64,000 nt of DNA from an uncultured Thermoplasmatales archaeon (GCA_964563055.1 CAZLVP010000003.1:48646-112645); one strand, 5' to 3'; numbered from the stretch's first letter, positions 51,937 through 62,402 are shown. Made by a program: numbers and translations. Notes: generated from the letters alone by a model not told the origin.

Positions 51937-54431
51937 TCCTTTCCTATGACCCATGCCATACCAAGCGGCGCTGCTGGCAACGTTATCAGTGAGGCCGCAT
52001 AGACAAGCATCTTTGGCACCGGACCGCCTGTCTTGCGTTGAACGATGAATGCGATCCCGTCCAATATGGGGACCATGACCATGAGCACACCAAGAACAGC
52101 CATCCCGGTGTCAATGATCAGGATCGCTCCAAAGAGGAGAGCGAGCGCACTATGAGCGGCCAGGAAGGCATAAGTTGGGACCCTGACGGGACCTGTACCA
52201 GTATGGGGTCTGTCCTCCATCCAGGAGGCGATCTTGGTAAGGAGGTCCGCAAGGAGGACCCCCCCAGCGAACAGCGAAAAGAAGAACAATAACGTCCAGA
52301 GATATGGCCCCTGCTGTCCTGTGAGCTCTGCAAGGAAAGAGCTGTAATCGAATAGGAAATGCAATGCTATCGATGCGTGAAGCCCTATCTTGACATAGAG
52401 ATAACCGAAGAGGAGCCCCATGATGAAGGTGGGGGCTATCTTCCAGATACCCCACCCGATATGGGCAAGTCCGAAAAGGGCGGCAGAGATGAATATCAGG
52501 ACCGCTGCCGGGACTGAGACCCCCCCATGCCCCCCTATGAGGGCTTTTAGTGCAGGACCTTTCCCTTGTTTCATCAATGCCAAGACCGAGAGCGGAGCAC
52601 CGATCATGAGGACCCTGGTTATGATCTCTTCCCAGACCGAGGCATTGGCTAGGGTCACCATCCGTATCCAGATAGGGACCTTTTCGGATAGCAGGTCAGG
52701 GACCGGTGTGGGTTGTTCCATAAGATTGAAGAGGACCACAACAGAGAGTGAGAAGAAAAGAGCACCGATATATGTCCTTGAGGTCGCTATAAGGTCATTG
52801 TCCCTGTCTCTGAGGAGGTCCCTGATCTTGCGTTCGAGGTCCTTCGCCCCTCCTTTCAATAGCGGTCGCAACCCTCTTCCGAACAGATAGGCGCAAGATA
52901 TGACAATGGCCGTAGAGATAACAAGGAACCAGACGATCAGGACAGGGCCTTTCAATCTCAACACAAGAAGGATGGTCTCTGAAGGTTCGAAGTAGGTCGC
53001 CGATCGGACCCTGATTGTCCTTTCCCCGAGGGTCCCTTGATGGGTGGTAACTATCGTCGTATTGTATTCGAAACCATCCGTGACCTCTGTTAGCTCAAGG
53101 TCGCGATCGTTCAATTCCAGTTGGGGGACATCCCTGAACAACCTCCAGTTGACCAGCTCCCATTCTCCCTTTAACGTCAGCTCCATAGGGTCCAGACCAT
53201 CCCTGTATCGGTCAGAGAACGGGTCCGGGCTGAGGGAGAGGTCCGGGGTCGGATTATCAGTAAGGTAAGTCCTGTAACGGAGAAGCTCTATCGAGTTGGT
53301 CCCTATAGTGTCGTATTCAACGATAAGATCGGTCCTCCCATCGCTCCCGTAGTCATCCGGTGTGACCATTATCCCTTTCCAAACCTTCCTTTGGGGCGTG
53401 GGGGAGAGCGGATATTTCTTACCCTCTATTTTCATGGTCAGGTCAGGGAGCGGGAACCAGCTGTTTTCCGTTACGTCCAATGGGATTGTGAACGAAATAT
53501 GGTAGTAGGTCTCGGCCATCATTGTAACATTGCCTTGGGTGTTGTTAATGGAGGCACCCTTTTCAAGGTCATATAGAGAATCCTTGTGGTCGAGTACGGT
53601 CTCAAGCACCATGGAGACCTTGTCAGCATCATGGTTAGGGCTCCATCCTGTTCCTACTAAGAATCCCTTCTGATACTTTCGGGTAAGTGGGGATGTGGTG
53701 GGATGGGTAAACGTGCATTCGATGTCGAACTCGGTCCACAGGCTGGTTGGAACATAGGACAGAGTATCGTAGTCCAAAGTGAAGGACCTCCCACCCCTTT
53801 CATGAAGTGTATATATCATTTTGCCTCTGCCCCCGACCATCCTACTGACCTCCCTGAACATAGAGGTATGGGATAGTGAGAGGTTCTCGTCCGTCAGGGG
53901 GAGGAGGAACGATATCCTTCCCTTGATTACCTCAACGCTCGCAAAGGTCGATAATTTGGAGGAATGACCGATCTCACGACCGCTCCAGGCCTCGACGGTC
54001 CAATTGAACCCACCTTCCAGTCCGGGTACCCTGGTCCAACCACTCCACGAACCGTCAGCGGTCCAAGAATCCCATAGCCTATACCAAAGGTCGCCCAGCT
54101 CGGAGCTCAGGACAATGTATTGCGGGGGATGGGGCCTGGAACCGCTCCCGAACGTCAGGGTGACGTTGAAAGGTGAACCTTCAATAACGGATGATGGTGC
54201 TTGCAGTGAACAGGAGGTCGAGCCGTCCGGGTAGAACGGTAGCACCATCTCTCCCGATGTGGATGCTTTATAGGTCCTCCCGGCGTTACCGAGGACAGAA
54301 GGGAAAGATAGACCGAGAGCTAGCAGGTTCCCTGCAAGGAGGGCTCCGACCAGCAGCAAGGTCACCAGATTGACTAGGTAGCCCCTGCCATTGTCAATAG
54401 GTCCCTTCTTCCGTTCTCTATCGGATGACAT
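51930..54431 (-). CDS. CPBP-family (CAAX/Rce1-like) intramembrane metalloprotease fused to an N-terminal ectodomain of about 550 aa.
   Basis: The C-terminal motifs EEIITRVLMIG (EExxxR), FGLAHIGWG (FxxxH) and HFLFDY (HxxxD) are present. The N-terminal signal anchor is YLVNLVTLLLVGALLAGNLLAL. I set the start at MSSDRERKK (54431). Confidence 0.6.
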   Translation of the reverse strand: MSSDRERKKGPIDNGRGYLVNLVTLLLVGALLAGNLLALGLSFPSVLGNAGRTYKASTSGEMVLPFYPDGSTSCSLQAPSSVIEGSPFNVTLTFGSGSRPHPPQYIVLSSELGDLWYRLWDSWTADGSWSGWTRVPGLEGGFNWTVEAWSGREIGHSSKLSTFASVEVIKGRISFLLPLTDENLSLSHTSMFREVSRMVGGRGKMIYTLHERGGRSFTLDYDTLSYVPTSLWTEFDIECTFTHPTTSPLTRKYQKGFLVGTGWSPNHDADKVSMVLETVLDHKDSLYDLEKGASINNTQGNVTMMAETYYHISFTIPLDVTENSWFPLPDLTMKIEGKKYPLSPTPQRKVWKGIMVTPDDYGSDGRTDLIVEYDTIGTNSIELLRYRTYLTDNPTPDLSLSPDPFSDRYRDGLDPMELTLKGEWELVNWRLFRDVPQLELNDRDLELTEVTDGFEYNTTIVTTHQGTLGERTIRVRSATYFEPSETILLVLRLKGPVLIVWFLVISTAIVISCAYLFGRGLRPLLKGGAKDLERKIRDLLRDRDNDLIATSRTYIGALFFSLSVVVLFNLMEQPTPVPDLLSEKVPIWIRMVTLANASVWEEIITRVLMIGAPLSVLALMKQGKGPALKALIGGHGGVSVPAAVLIFISAALFGLAHIGWGIWKIAPTFIMGLLFGYLYVKIGLHASIALHFLFDYSSFLAELTGQQGPYLWTLLFFFSLFAGGVLLADLLTKIASWMEDRPHTGTGPVRVPTYAFLAAHSALALLFGAILIIDTGMAVLGVLMVMVPILDGIAFIVQRKTGGPVPKMLVYAASLITLPAAPLGMAWVIGKDQ

Positions 54432-54544
54432 CCCTTTTCTCCTGACTACCGAGAAATGAGGCGCCTCTATTATAGTGTTCGCGGGGAAAACGGTTAAATC
54501 CACCCCGGGAGATGCTCTCCACTTACGACCTTGAAGGCCCATCA

Positions 54545-57500
54545 ATGAACGATAATGAACGCTGCGTTGATCTCGTGAAGGAGGACACAACCTTACCTCT
54601 TCAGCTAAACGAACGGGTATTGGAATGGTTCAATAGGTCGGTCGGGGAGCCCACGCTCCTGCAGTCCAAGGCTTGGAGCTCTATCCTTGAGGGCAGGAAC
54701 ACCCTGATAATATCCCCTACGGGTTCCGGCAAGACCCTTGCTGCTGTGCTCCCGGCCATTAGCAACCTTGTGAGCGGCAGATGGGGTCGGAGGTCGATAT
54801 CCGTTGTTTACATATCCCCTATGAGGGCGCTTGGAGCGGACCTTGTGAGGAACATCGGGGACATTTCGAAGGGTATAGGCCCTTTTCCCGGGAGGTCCAT
54901 CAGGAAGAGGCACAGTAGTAAGAGAGCGGATGGACCCGAGGAGGCCCCCCTCGATATAGGCATCAGAACAGGGGATGTCCCTCAATCCGAACGAAGGAGG
55001 CTGTTGACCCATCCCCCGGACATCCTGGTGATCACCCCTGAGAACCTCCTTTTGATGCTTTGCTCCGGAGCAAGGGAGACCCTCATGGATGTCTCCTGTG
55101 TCGTCCTTGACGAGCTCCACGACCTGGCCGCGAGCAAGAGGGGGGCACTGCTCTCTCTTTCCCTGGAGTTGTTGAACGATCAGCTCCATGTGAGGGGGAG
55201 GCCTGAGCCTGTCCGTATAGGGCTTTCTGCCACGGTCAGGCCTGAGAGGACTGCCGCAGCGTTCCTAGGTGGGTTCGATAGGAACGGCCGTCCTAGGCCA
55301 GTCAATGTGGTGAAGGAGCCCCAGAGGAAGGAGATGGAGATAGAGGTCCGGACCATCTCCATGGACGACCGTACTGAAGATGCGGTAAAAGAGGCAGTGA
55401 TAGGTGAGGTCAGCCGTTACATAAAGGGGGAGGCAGGCCCGGTGGTCGTCTTCCAGAACACCAGGAAAGGTGCCGAGGAGATGTCTTTTTCTCTCACACA
55501 GAGAGGTTTAGAGGGTATCACGGCGCACCATGGGTCCCTTGGCCCGGACGTCAGAAGAGGGGCGGAGGAGGGATTGAAGACTGGGAAGCTCAAAGCAATC
55601 ATCTCCTCCACATCACTGGAACTAGGTGTTGATATCGGTTCGGTCGGGCTGGTGGTCCAGGTAGCCTCGCCCCGGAGCCCCACTAAGCTCATCCAGAGGT
55701 TCGGGAGGTCAGGACATGGTCTCAATAGGACCTCTCGCGGGGCCATACTTACCAGCTCAAGGGTGGACCTGATCGAATCGATGGCGGTGCTCAGGGCCGC
55801 ATCAGGCGGGGATATTGAGAGGCTTACCCCACCCATGGGACCTCCGGACGTTCTTGCGCAGTTCATAGTGGGGGCGGCCATCGGTGATGACGGTCTCGAT
55901 CCAAAGAGGATCATGAACCTGGCAAGAAGGACGTTCCAGTTCCGAGGCCTTAAGGGTGCGTCACTTAAGGCCGTCATATCACTTCTTACCGAAAGACTAC
56001 CAGGACCGAAACAGCCCTCTCCTCGTCTCAGGATAGATGGCACAACAGGACTTCTTCGTCCCAACAAGGATACCAAACAGGCATTCTATCTGAACTGTGG
56101 GACCATACCAAGGGAGACGAACTACAAGGTCATGGACGTCCCGAAGGGGCATGTGGTGGGCGAGCTATCAAGGGATTTTGCTGAGTCATTGTTCGAGAGG
56201 GACGTCATCATGCTCGCTTCCAAGAGCTTCAGGGTCACCGGATTCTCCGGCAGCAGGGTCCTGGTCAGGGAGGACCCTGGTTCGCTCCCAACAACACCTA
56301 TTTGGACCGGTGAGGCCCCGGCCAGACCAGTGGTCGTGACCCGGGAGATCTATGCCATGCATGCGAGGCCCCCGCAGAGACCGTCCGGCTCGTCCGGACC
56401 TTTCAGCTGGAGCATGGACGGTCCCACCATCGATCTTCTAAAGGACAGCTTCCAGGCCCTGTCCGCTTCCGGTATCAGACCATCCGAACATAACATTCCC
56501 GTTGAGAGGGTACCGCTTCCGGGCGGCCGGACAGCTCACGTGGTCCATCTTCCATTGGGGAAACGTTCGACCGACCTGCTGGGCAGGGTCATTTCCTACG
56601 GCCTAAGGCGCAGGTTCGGCGCAGCTATGGACCATATTGCGAGCGATGATGGTCTTGCCATTTCGTCCCCTCTTGTCCTTGAGGAAGAGGACCTCGTGCT
56701 CTCGATGCCTGAAGGTCGTTTCAAGGACCTTGCTGGAGAACTGGTCCTATCATCATCCATGTTCAGGTCAAGGTTCGCCTCATGTGCAGGGCGGTCGCTC
56801 CTTGTCCTGTCTAGGTTCAGGGGCCGTGATACAGGGGTGATGTATCGAAGGTCCACAATGGACAGGCTCCTGTCGACGGTCCGCTCTGAAAAAAGGGGTG
56901 GAAAAGGGGTTTTGAAGGCAACAGGGCCCGTTCATGGATTGAAGCTCATTGCGGAGGAGGCCTTGAAGGAGTCGATGTCAGAAGGGACAGACCTGCAAAG
57001 GCTCGAAGGTATTCGTTCTGGAGTGGTGGATGGCCGCATAAGGTTCGAGATGCTGCCTCCCTCATCGACATTGAGCTTCCTTGGTGCGTCCATTATGAGG
57101 AATTGGAAGGTTAGGGCGTTTGAAGGCGAGCAGGGTGCCCTACTTGTGGACGGACCTGCGGGAGAGCACCGATCGGACCATGGAAATGCGCCTGGAACGG
57201 CAGTTGCGATGATCGGAGGGGAACTATCATCCTCTGCAGGGCCGATCTACCTGCAGTCAGCACAGACCTCCATCGAGAGGAGGTCAAGGCTCGAGGTCCA
57301 TGGTGGATTGGAGAGGGTCCTGAGGGGTGTTCCCTTCTTCACCCATCCCCTGGACATCATCAGGAGGGCCAGGGGTTCTGACCTGAACCAGTTACGCTCG
57401 GCCATGAAGGGTGGTAGACTGGTCCCTGTCAGGACCTGCGGGAAGGATAGAATGGCACATCCCGAATGGGCCTGGGCCTTCCAGGTCCTTTCCCCCCAAC

Positions 57501-59686
57501 CGCCCGAGGTTCCCAAAGCCCTGACCCTTCTTCTGTTGGAAGGACGTCCGTTGAGCAGAGCTGAGGTTGGGGCAGCTGCAATGGTCAAAGGTCCAGAACT
57601 GGCCCGGCTCTTGGAGGTCCTCGCGCTATCGAACAGCCTGGTCCGGTTCCCAGCAGAGGCGAGGTACCATCTTGGGGCGCCGGACGGATTGGTGCCAGGG
57701 CTACCAATTAAAAGGAGCGATGACCGCTTTGAAGCAGAGCAGCTGAAGGCCATACTGAAGGTCCTCTCATGTCTGGGCCCAATGACCATGACCGAGCTTG
57801 CACACATGTTCAACTGGGGTGAAGGTCAAACGCCTAAGGGCATTTCCAGGGGTTTGGAGGATGGGACCATTCAGGCCCTCCAAGGACCCCCTGGTCCTAT
57901 GGACCTTTCGATCGAAGGGCGGACCGGGGATATCCATATTAGATCATGGCTCGCCCCTATCGATAAGGGACCTAAAACCTGGAAAGGGACAGATGGGGAA
58001 CCTACGGTCATGACATCCAAGGACCCATCGCTGGTCATCACCGGGAATGCAATGGAGGAACTGGAGAGGGAACATGTCAGGGACACCCTACCAGCACTCC
58101 TGGAAGGGATCCTGCCGGAAGGGGCTTCCCCCATCCAGGCAAGGGTCTCAGAAAGGAGGGACCTGGTGCTCTTCCGAGAGCTTTCGATCAGGGACTATTC
58201 CCTGGTGGGTTCTGCCGGTAAATTGATAATGGATGCTGTAAGGCTCTATGAAAACCTCAGCTATGAGGTGTTCTGTATAGACGGCCTAATGGGGGTCCCA
58301 GCAGGAGATACGACACCGAGATTATTGACGCCATTGATGGAGGGCGGGTTCTCCCCGGTCCAGACCGAAAAAGGGCCAGTTCTCATCTTGGGATGCGAGG
58401 AGGGCCGGGGATTGGACCGGGAACGTGTCCTGTGGGAGATGCTCTCAAGGCAGGGCCTTCTTCCGGAGAAGAGGAAGCGCCATCCGGTGGAGGTCCTCGA
58501 GCTCTTGGGTGGAATATCGGACCGTTGGGAGCTCCTGAGCAGATTGGGTACCTCGAGGTATCCAAGGGGCCGTGGCCTCAACAGAGATGCCTTCTCGTCC
58601 AGACAGAAGGCATTATGGGATGGCCTAGGTAGGATATTGAAGGGGGAGCCACTATGGTCCGATATCCCTGCACCGGTAGAGCTCTCCGAACAGATGGAGT
58701 CGCTACCGGAGATCAGGGACCTTGCGAGGGGATTGGGACTGTTTAAGGTCTTGCTCGACCAGCCCAATCCGGTCTGGGCCTTCGAGGAAGAAGCGATCAG
58801 GGCCCCTCCACCCTCACCTGGCACCCTGGCGTCGCTCGATAAGGCCTCCAGGAAGCTGGTCGAACGATTGCTGGCCGTGAGCAGAAAGGCCTCATCGGAC
58901 ATCCTCAAGGCCTCCGATGTAGGTGATGAGGTAACTGAGCTGGTCAAGAGCGGCCTGGCCGTTCAGGACGCTTGGGGTGGCCATCAGTTCCCTTTCGATG
59001 ATTCCAGGTTCGGGAGGGCGCACAGACGCAGGGACCCGAACGAACCGAAAGGGCTCAGGCAGAGGAAATGGCTCATCCGATGTGCTGTAGCATTAGGCCT
59101 TTTCACGATGGGGGACCTCCTTGAATATTCCCCCTCGCTCGACGACCCGTGCAAGGTCAGGACCATGTTGAACGAGCTGTCCAGAGGGCCGCTCACAAGG
59201 AAGCTCTACTACGATAGCGGCCCGGTCCTTGTCCATGGTGTTCCCGAAGCGTTCGAGGCCCCCCCTGGTCCTCCCACCTCAGGACAGCTGGAGGGGACCG
59301 AGCTGACCCTCATCTCCCCAAGGGACAGGATGGCAAGGGTCCTTGCAGGGGATGTAAGAGCTCTCCTGTCCAGACGCCAGGGCTTCCTGGTGATGAAGGG
59401 GACCAGGTGCCTTTCGACGGTGAACATAGTTCGCTCCACCTATGGTCGTCGAAAGGACGGGAACGTGGGTGTCGGTCCGTCCTATGGAGGTGCCACTTTA
59501 ATGATAAAGAAGGTCTGGATGGACCTGAGGTTGAAGCGTCCTGTCCTTCTCAGGGATATTAAAAGGGCTTTCTTCGAGCATGGGTCGAAGGTCCTAACGA
59601 TAGAGGAGGGACCTGGGCTCGAGGAGCTTTACAGGGATATCAACCCCTATGAAGATGTCCCGGTCCTGTACCGAAAGAGGGATTGA
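54545..59686 (+). CDS. lhr: Lhr-family DExH-box helicase, unusually long (about 1710 aa) with a large C-terminal extension.
   Basis: Motifs I ISPTGSGKT, II VVLDELHD, III LSAT and VI QRFGRSGH are present. The C-terminal half carries repeated winged-helix-like modules. Confidence 0.75.
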   Translation: MNDNERCVDLVKEDTTLPLQLNERVLEWFNRSVGEPTLLQSKAWSSILEGRNTLIISPTGSGKTLAAVLPAISNLVSGRWGRRSISVVYISPMRALGADLVRNIGDISKGIGPFPGRSIRKRHSSKRADGPEEAPLDIGIRTGDVPQSERRRLLTHPPDILVITPENLLLMLCSGARETLMDVSCVVLDELHDLAASKRGALLSLSLELLNDQLHVRGRPEPVRIGLSATVRPERTAAAFLGGFDRNGRPRPVNVVKEPQRKEMEIEVRTISMDDRTEDAVKEAVIGEVSRYIKGEAGPVVVFQNTRKGAEEMSFSLTQRGLEGITAHHGSLGPDVRRGAEEGLKTGKLKAIISSTSLELGVDIGSVGLVVQVASPRSPTKLIQRFGRSGHGLNRTSRGAILTSSRVDLIESMAVLRAASGGDIERLTPPMGPPDVLAQFIVGAAIGDDGLDPKRIMNLARRTFQFRGLKGASLKAVISLLTERLPGPKQPSPRLRIDGTTGLLRPNKDTKQAFYLNCGTIPRETNYKVMDVPKGHVVGELSRDFAESLFERDVIMLASKSFRVTGFSGSRVLVREDPGSLPTTPIWTGEAPARPVVVTREIYAMHARPPQRPSGSSGPFSWSMDGPTIDLLKDSFQALSASGIRPSEHNIPVERVPLPGGRTAHVVHLPLGKRSTDLLGRVISYGLRRRFGAAMDHIASDDGLAISSPLVLEEEDLVLSMPEGRFKDLAGELVLSSSMFRSRFASCAGRSLLVLSRFRGRDTGVMYRRSTMDRLLSTVRSEKRGGKGVLKATGPVHGLKLIAEEALKESMSEGTDLQRLEGIRSGVVDGRIRFEMLPPSSTLSFLGASIMRNWKVRAFEGEQGALLVDGPAGEHRSDHGNAPGTAVAMIGGELSSSAGPIYLQSAQTSIERRSRLEVHGGLERVLRGVPFFTHPLDIIRRARGSDLNQLRSAMKGGRLVPVRTCGKDRMAHPEWAWAFQVLSPQPPEVPKALTLLLLEGRPLSRAEVGAAAMVKGPELARLLEVLALSNSLVRFPAEARYHLGAPDGLVPGLPIKRSDDRFEAEQLKAILKVLSCLGPMTMTELAHMFNWGEGQTPKGISRGLEDGTIQALQGPPGPMDLSIEGRTGDIHIRSWLAPIDKGPKTWKGTDGEPTVMTSKDPSLVITGNAMEELEREHVRDTLPALLEGILPEGASPIQARVSERRDLVLFRELSIRDYSLVGSAGKLIMDAVRLYENLSYEVFCIDGLMGVPAGDTTPRLLTPLMEGGFSPVQTEKGPVLILGCEEGRGLDRERVLWEMLSRQGLLPEKRKRHPVEVLELLGGISDRWELLSRLGTSRYPRGRGLNRDAFSSRQKALWDGLGRILKGEPLWSDIPAPVELSEQMESLPEIRDLARGLGLFKVLLDQPNPVWAFEEEAIRAPPPSPGTLASLDKASRKLVERLLAVSRKASSDILKASDVGDEVTELVKSGLAVQDAWGGHQFPFDDSRFGRAHRRRDPNEPKGLRQRKWLIRCAVALGLFTMGDLLEYSPSLDDPCKVRTMLNELSRGPLTRKLYYDSGPVLVHGVPEAFEAPPGPPTSGQLEGTELTLISPRDRMARVLAGDVRALLSRRQGFLVMKGTRCLSTVNIVRSTYGRRKDGNVGVGPSYGGATLMIKKVWMDLRLKRPVLLRDIKRAFFEHGSKVLTIEEGPGLEELYRDINPYEDVPVLYRKRD

Positions 59687-59727
59687 ACTCAGACCGTTTC
59701 ACAGGGGTTTTTCACAGGGGTTAACCA

Positions 59728-59735
59728 TTTATATA
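59728..59735 (+). promoter_or_regulatory. Candidate archaeal TATA box (TTTATATA) upstream of the 59879 gene.
   Basis: The TTTATATA consensus sits 144 nt upstream of the start codon. This is a long leader, so the call is weak. Confidence 0.25.
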
Positions 59736-59878
59736 ATTACTAGTATATCAGGTCGGCTGGTTCACCAAGCAGGTTCAGCATCGGACCGGGAGTGTGCAGA
59801 AGGAACATGCACATGAAGACGAAAGGTTAATAAAATCCCACTGGTGTTTGATGCTTGGACGCAAGAAGGTGGTAACAA

Positions 59879-62353
59879 ATGGAGACTATGACCTCGAAGC
59901 GAACTATCGCTTTCGTTTTCGTGATGATAATGGCCATTTCCGCGATAGCGGGGATCGCCTACGGATTGAACCCCCTTTCCGGGAACGACTGGGACCTTGA
60001 CCCTGATGGCGATGGTCTTACCAACCTCGATGAGTTCGTGGCCCAGTCCGATCCGAACAACGCGGACACGGACGGGGACGCCCTGCCGGACGGTTGGGAG
60101 GTCGATAACTTCCTGAACCCCAATGACCCCTCGGACGCCGATGCCGATTTCGATTACTTCGGCGGAGAGGAGTATGCCCAGTTCAGGATACCTGACGTTC
60201 CCAACCCCTATACCAACTATGCAGAGTTCTTCAGGTATGCGGGAGTGGACAGGGAGACGGGGCAGCCGGTCTATTACCCGACCGACCCCAACAACCCTGA
60301 CACCGATGGTGACAGCATACTCGACCCTGACGATTCCTTCCCATGGGACTTCTCCAATGACGGGACGAGCGGCTCCGGCAACGGTGGCGCCAATTCCGGC
60401 GGAGAGGGCAATGGGCCCGCTGTAGGTGGGGATGGGGACGGCGACGGGGATGGCAATGCCGATGATGACGGAGATGGCCTCACCGATATGCAGGAGATGG
60501 CCCTTGGGACAGATTTCAACAACCCCGATACAGACGGGGATGGTTTGATAGACTCCGCGGAGATCAGCGCCGGGCTCGATCCCAACGATTGGGACACCGA
60601 CAATGACATGCTCATAGACGGTGTAGAGATGGGCTCCGGGGACTCCACCGACGGACACCTGGTGGACAGCGACAATGACGGTCTTCCCGACCCCTGGGAG
60701 GACAACGATGGGGACGGTCTGCTCAACATAGAGGAGCAGGATATTGTCCTCTGGATATGGGCCTGGTTCACTCCACAGAACAGAGGAGGCGGCGGTTGGG
60801 ACCCGTTCATAACGCACAGGGTCGCCTACAGGTTCAGGATAAGCCCCAACTCGAACGATACAGATAACGATGAGATATCCGACGATAAGGAGATTCAGCT
60901 CTACGGCCCGGGCCCCATAAACAAGAACTCAAGGTCCGAGTACAACTACCACCAGGTCACCAATGAGACCGGCAACGGGAAATGGATCCCTGACAGGTGG
61001 AACAGGGCTCATGACCTCGGGAACCCCTCCTCAGGTTTCTCAAAGTGGACCGAGGGCAGGTACTCTTGGTGGACCTACTGGTTCGACAGGGCCTACGAAT
61101 ACGGTGAGTACTGGCCCAACCCCAAGGAGGTCGGTTACAATGTGGGTCTTTTCAATATGAACCCCTGGTTGCTATGGTACTTCAACTGGGACTTCTTCTA
61201 CGGGCAACTCGAACTTTCAGCAGAGGAGACGGCACAGTATTTCTATCATACCGACCAGTACGGCTTTTATGACGATGCGCTCCCGGACTATAGCGGTTAT
61301 ACGACACTGGAGGACTGCCTGGGATGGCAGGAGAGGGGACCGGCAACGACGGACCCCAAGAGGTTCAGGTGGAACATGTACGACCTGGACCCATCGAACG
61401 ATGATACCGACTCTGACAGGATGGAGGACAACTGGGACCCTAGGCCATCCATACCCGATGATAGGCTGGACACCGCCATTGCCCTTAACAGGGTCGGATT
61501 CCCGCAGTCGGGAGGCTCCATAGAGTGGTACTATCCAGGCTTCGGACCTGGCACTCAGTTCCCGATATCGGCACAGTTCGCTCCGACGTTCGTATATTTT
61601 GACCGCAATACAGGGCAGTTCCTTCATGACTACTATGGCTTCCCCTACAGGATAATTGATTCCACCATGAACAAGGGGATACCTATGTACCTCGAGATCA
61701 TAGTAGGCATTGAGAGAGGCCATCCCGGAGCGGAGTTCTTCCTCAAGGGTTGGTACAGCTATCTCAACGTCTCAATTACCTTCCACAATGGTTCCATTGA
61801 TGTGAAGTCCGATCAATGGGGAGAGATAGTCTCGGATAATGTCAGTTACGATGTGGACGATGATATCGATGGGGATGGCATCCCCAGGATCGCCGACAGG
61901 TCCATGACCAATCCCTGGATATACAATCCTAGGGAATCGCAGTACCCGGTCTTTTCGCTCGGGCTAGATGATCTGAACCAGAACAAGATCCCTGCCGAGA
62001 TGCATCTGGACTACTTCAATCCGGTCGATTATGTGATAGGTGGTTACGGTCCATGGCCGGGACCTGACGATCCTTACAAGGACCCGGTGACGGGCAAGGG
62101 CCATTCCGGTCTCATGGTGCCTTTTATAAACATATCGAACTATCCGGACCCCAACGCACTTCATGCCCAGGGTACGGTGGAATGGTATTACTGGTCCACC
62201 ATGACCTTCTACACCGTAGGGTTCCACTTCATGGTGCCCGAGGGTGTCATGGCAGGCTATGTGGTCATGGACATGATCATTGACACCACCGAGAACATAC
62301 ACGTAGAGGAGTCCTTCGACGGGTTCACAGGATATCCGTACGTAGCATATTGA
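59879..62353 (+). CDS. Secreted protein with thrombospondin type-3-like Ca-binding repeats (DxDxDGxxD) and a Trp/Tyr-rich C-terminal domain.
   Basis: The N-terminal signal/TM is IAFVFVMIMAISAIAGIAYG. Repeats such as DPDGDGLTNLDE, DTDGDALPDGWE, DTDGDSILD and DTDGDGLID are present. Aromatic-rich stretches include WWTYWFDRAYEYGEYW. Confidence 0.6.
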   Translation: METMTSKRTIAFVFVMIMAISAIAGIAYGLNPLSGNDWDLDPDGDGLTNLDEFVAQSDPNNADTDGDALPDGWEVDNFLNPNDPSDADADFDYFGGEEYAQFRIPDVPNPYTNYAEFFRYAGVDRETGQPVYYPTDPNNPDTDGDSILDPDDSFPWDFSNDGTSGSGNGGANSGGEGNGPAVGGDGDGDGDGNADDDGDGLTDMQEMALGTDFNNPDTDGDGLIDSAEISAGLDPNDWDTDNDMLIDGVEMGSGDSTDGHLVDSDNDGLPDPWEDNDGDGLLNIEEQDIVLWIWAWFTPQNRGGGGWDPFITHRVAYRFRISPNSNDTDNDEISDDKEIQLYGPGPINKNSRSEYNYHQVTNETGNGKWIPDRWNRAHDLGNPSSGFSKWTEGRYSWWTYWFDRAYEYGEYWPNPKEVGYNVGLFNMNPWLLWYFNWDFFYGQLELSAEETAQYFYHTDQYGFYDDALPDYSGYTTLEDCLGWQERGPATTDPKRFRWNMYDLDPSNDDTDSDRMEDNWDPRPSIPDDRLDTAIALNRVGFPQSGGSIEWYYPGFGPGTQFPISAQFAPTFVYFDRNTGQFLHDYYGFPYRIIDSTMNKGIPMYLEIIVGIERGHPGAEFFLKGWYSYLNVSITFHNGSIDVKSDQWGEIVSDNVSYDVDDDIDGDGIPRIADRSMTNPWIYNPRESQYPVFSLGLDDLNQNKIPAEMHLDYFNPVDYVIGGYGPWPGPDDPYKDPVTGKGHSGLMVPFINISNYPDPNALHAQGTVEWYYWSTMTFYTVGFHFMVPEGVMAGYVVMDMIIDTTENIHVEESFDGFTGYPYVAY

Positions 62354-62367
62354 GGTCATCAAAAACA

Positions 62368-62402
62368 ATAGGGGGGGTTCCAATGGACCCCCCCTTTTTT
62401 TT
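62368..62402 (+). terminator. Hairpin plus T8 tract (intrinsic-terminator-like).
   Basis: The palindrome CAATAGGGGGGGTTCCAATGGACCCCCCC is followed by TTTTTTTT AAAAAAA and CCTATTG (nested inverted repeat). Confidence 0.5.

Noticed and set aside
59762-60817. 351-aa and 178-aa minus-strand ORFs opposite the TSP3-repeat gene.
   Set aside because: They are antisense translations of the GAT/GGC-rich Asp/Gly repeat region, which gives Val/Pro/Ile/Gly-rich nonsense. The + frame has the signal peptide and Ca-binding repeats.
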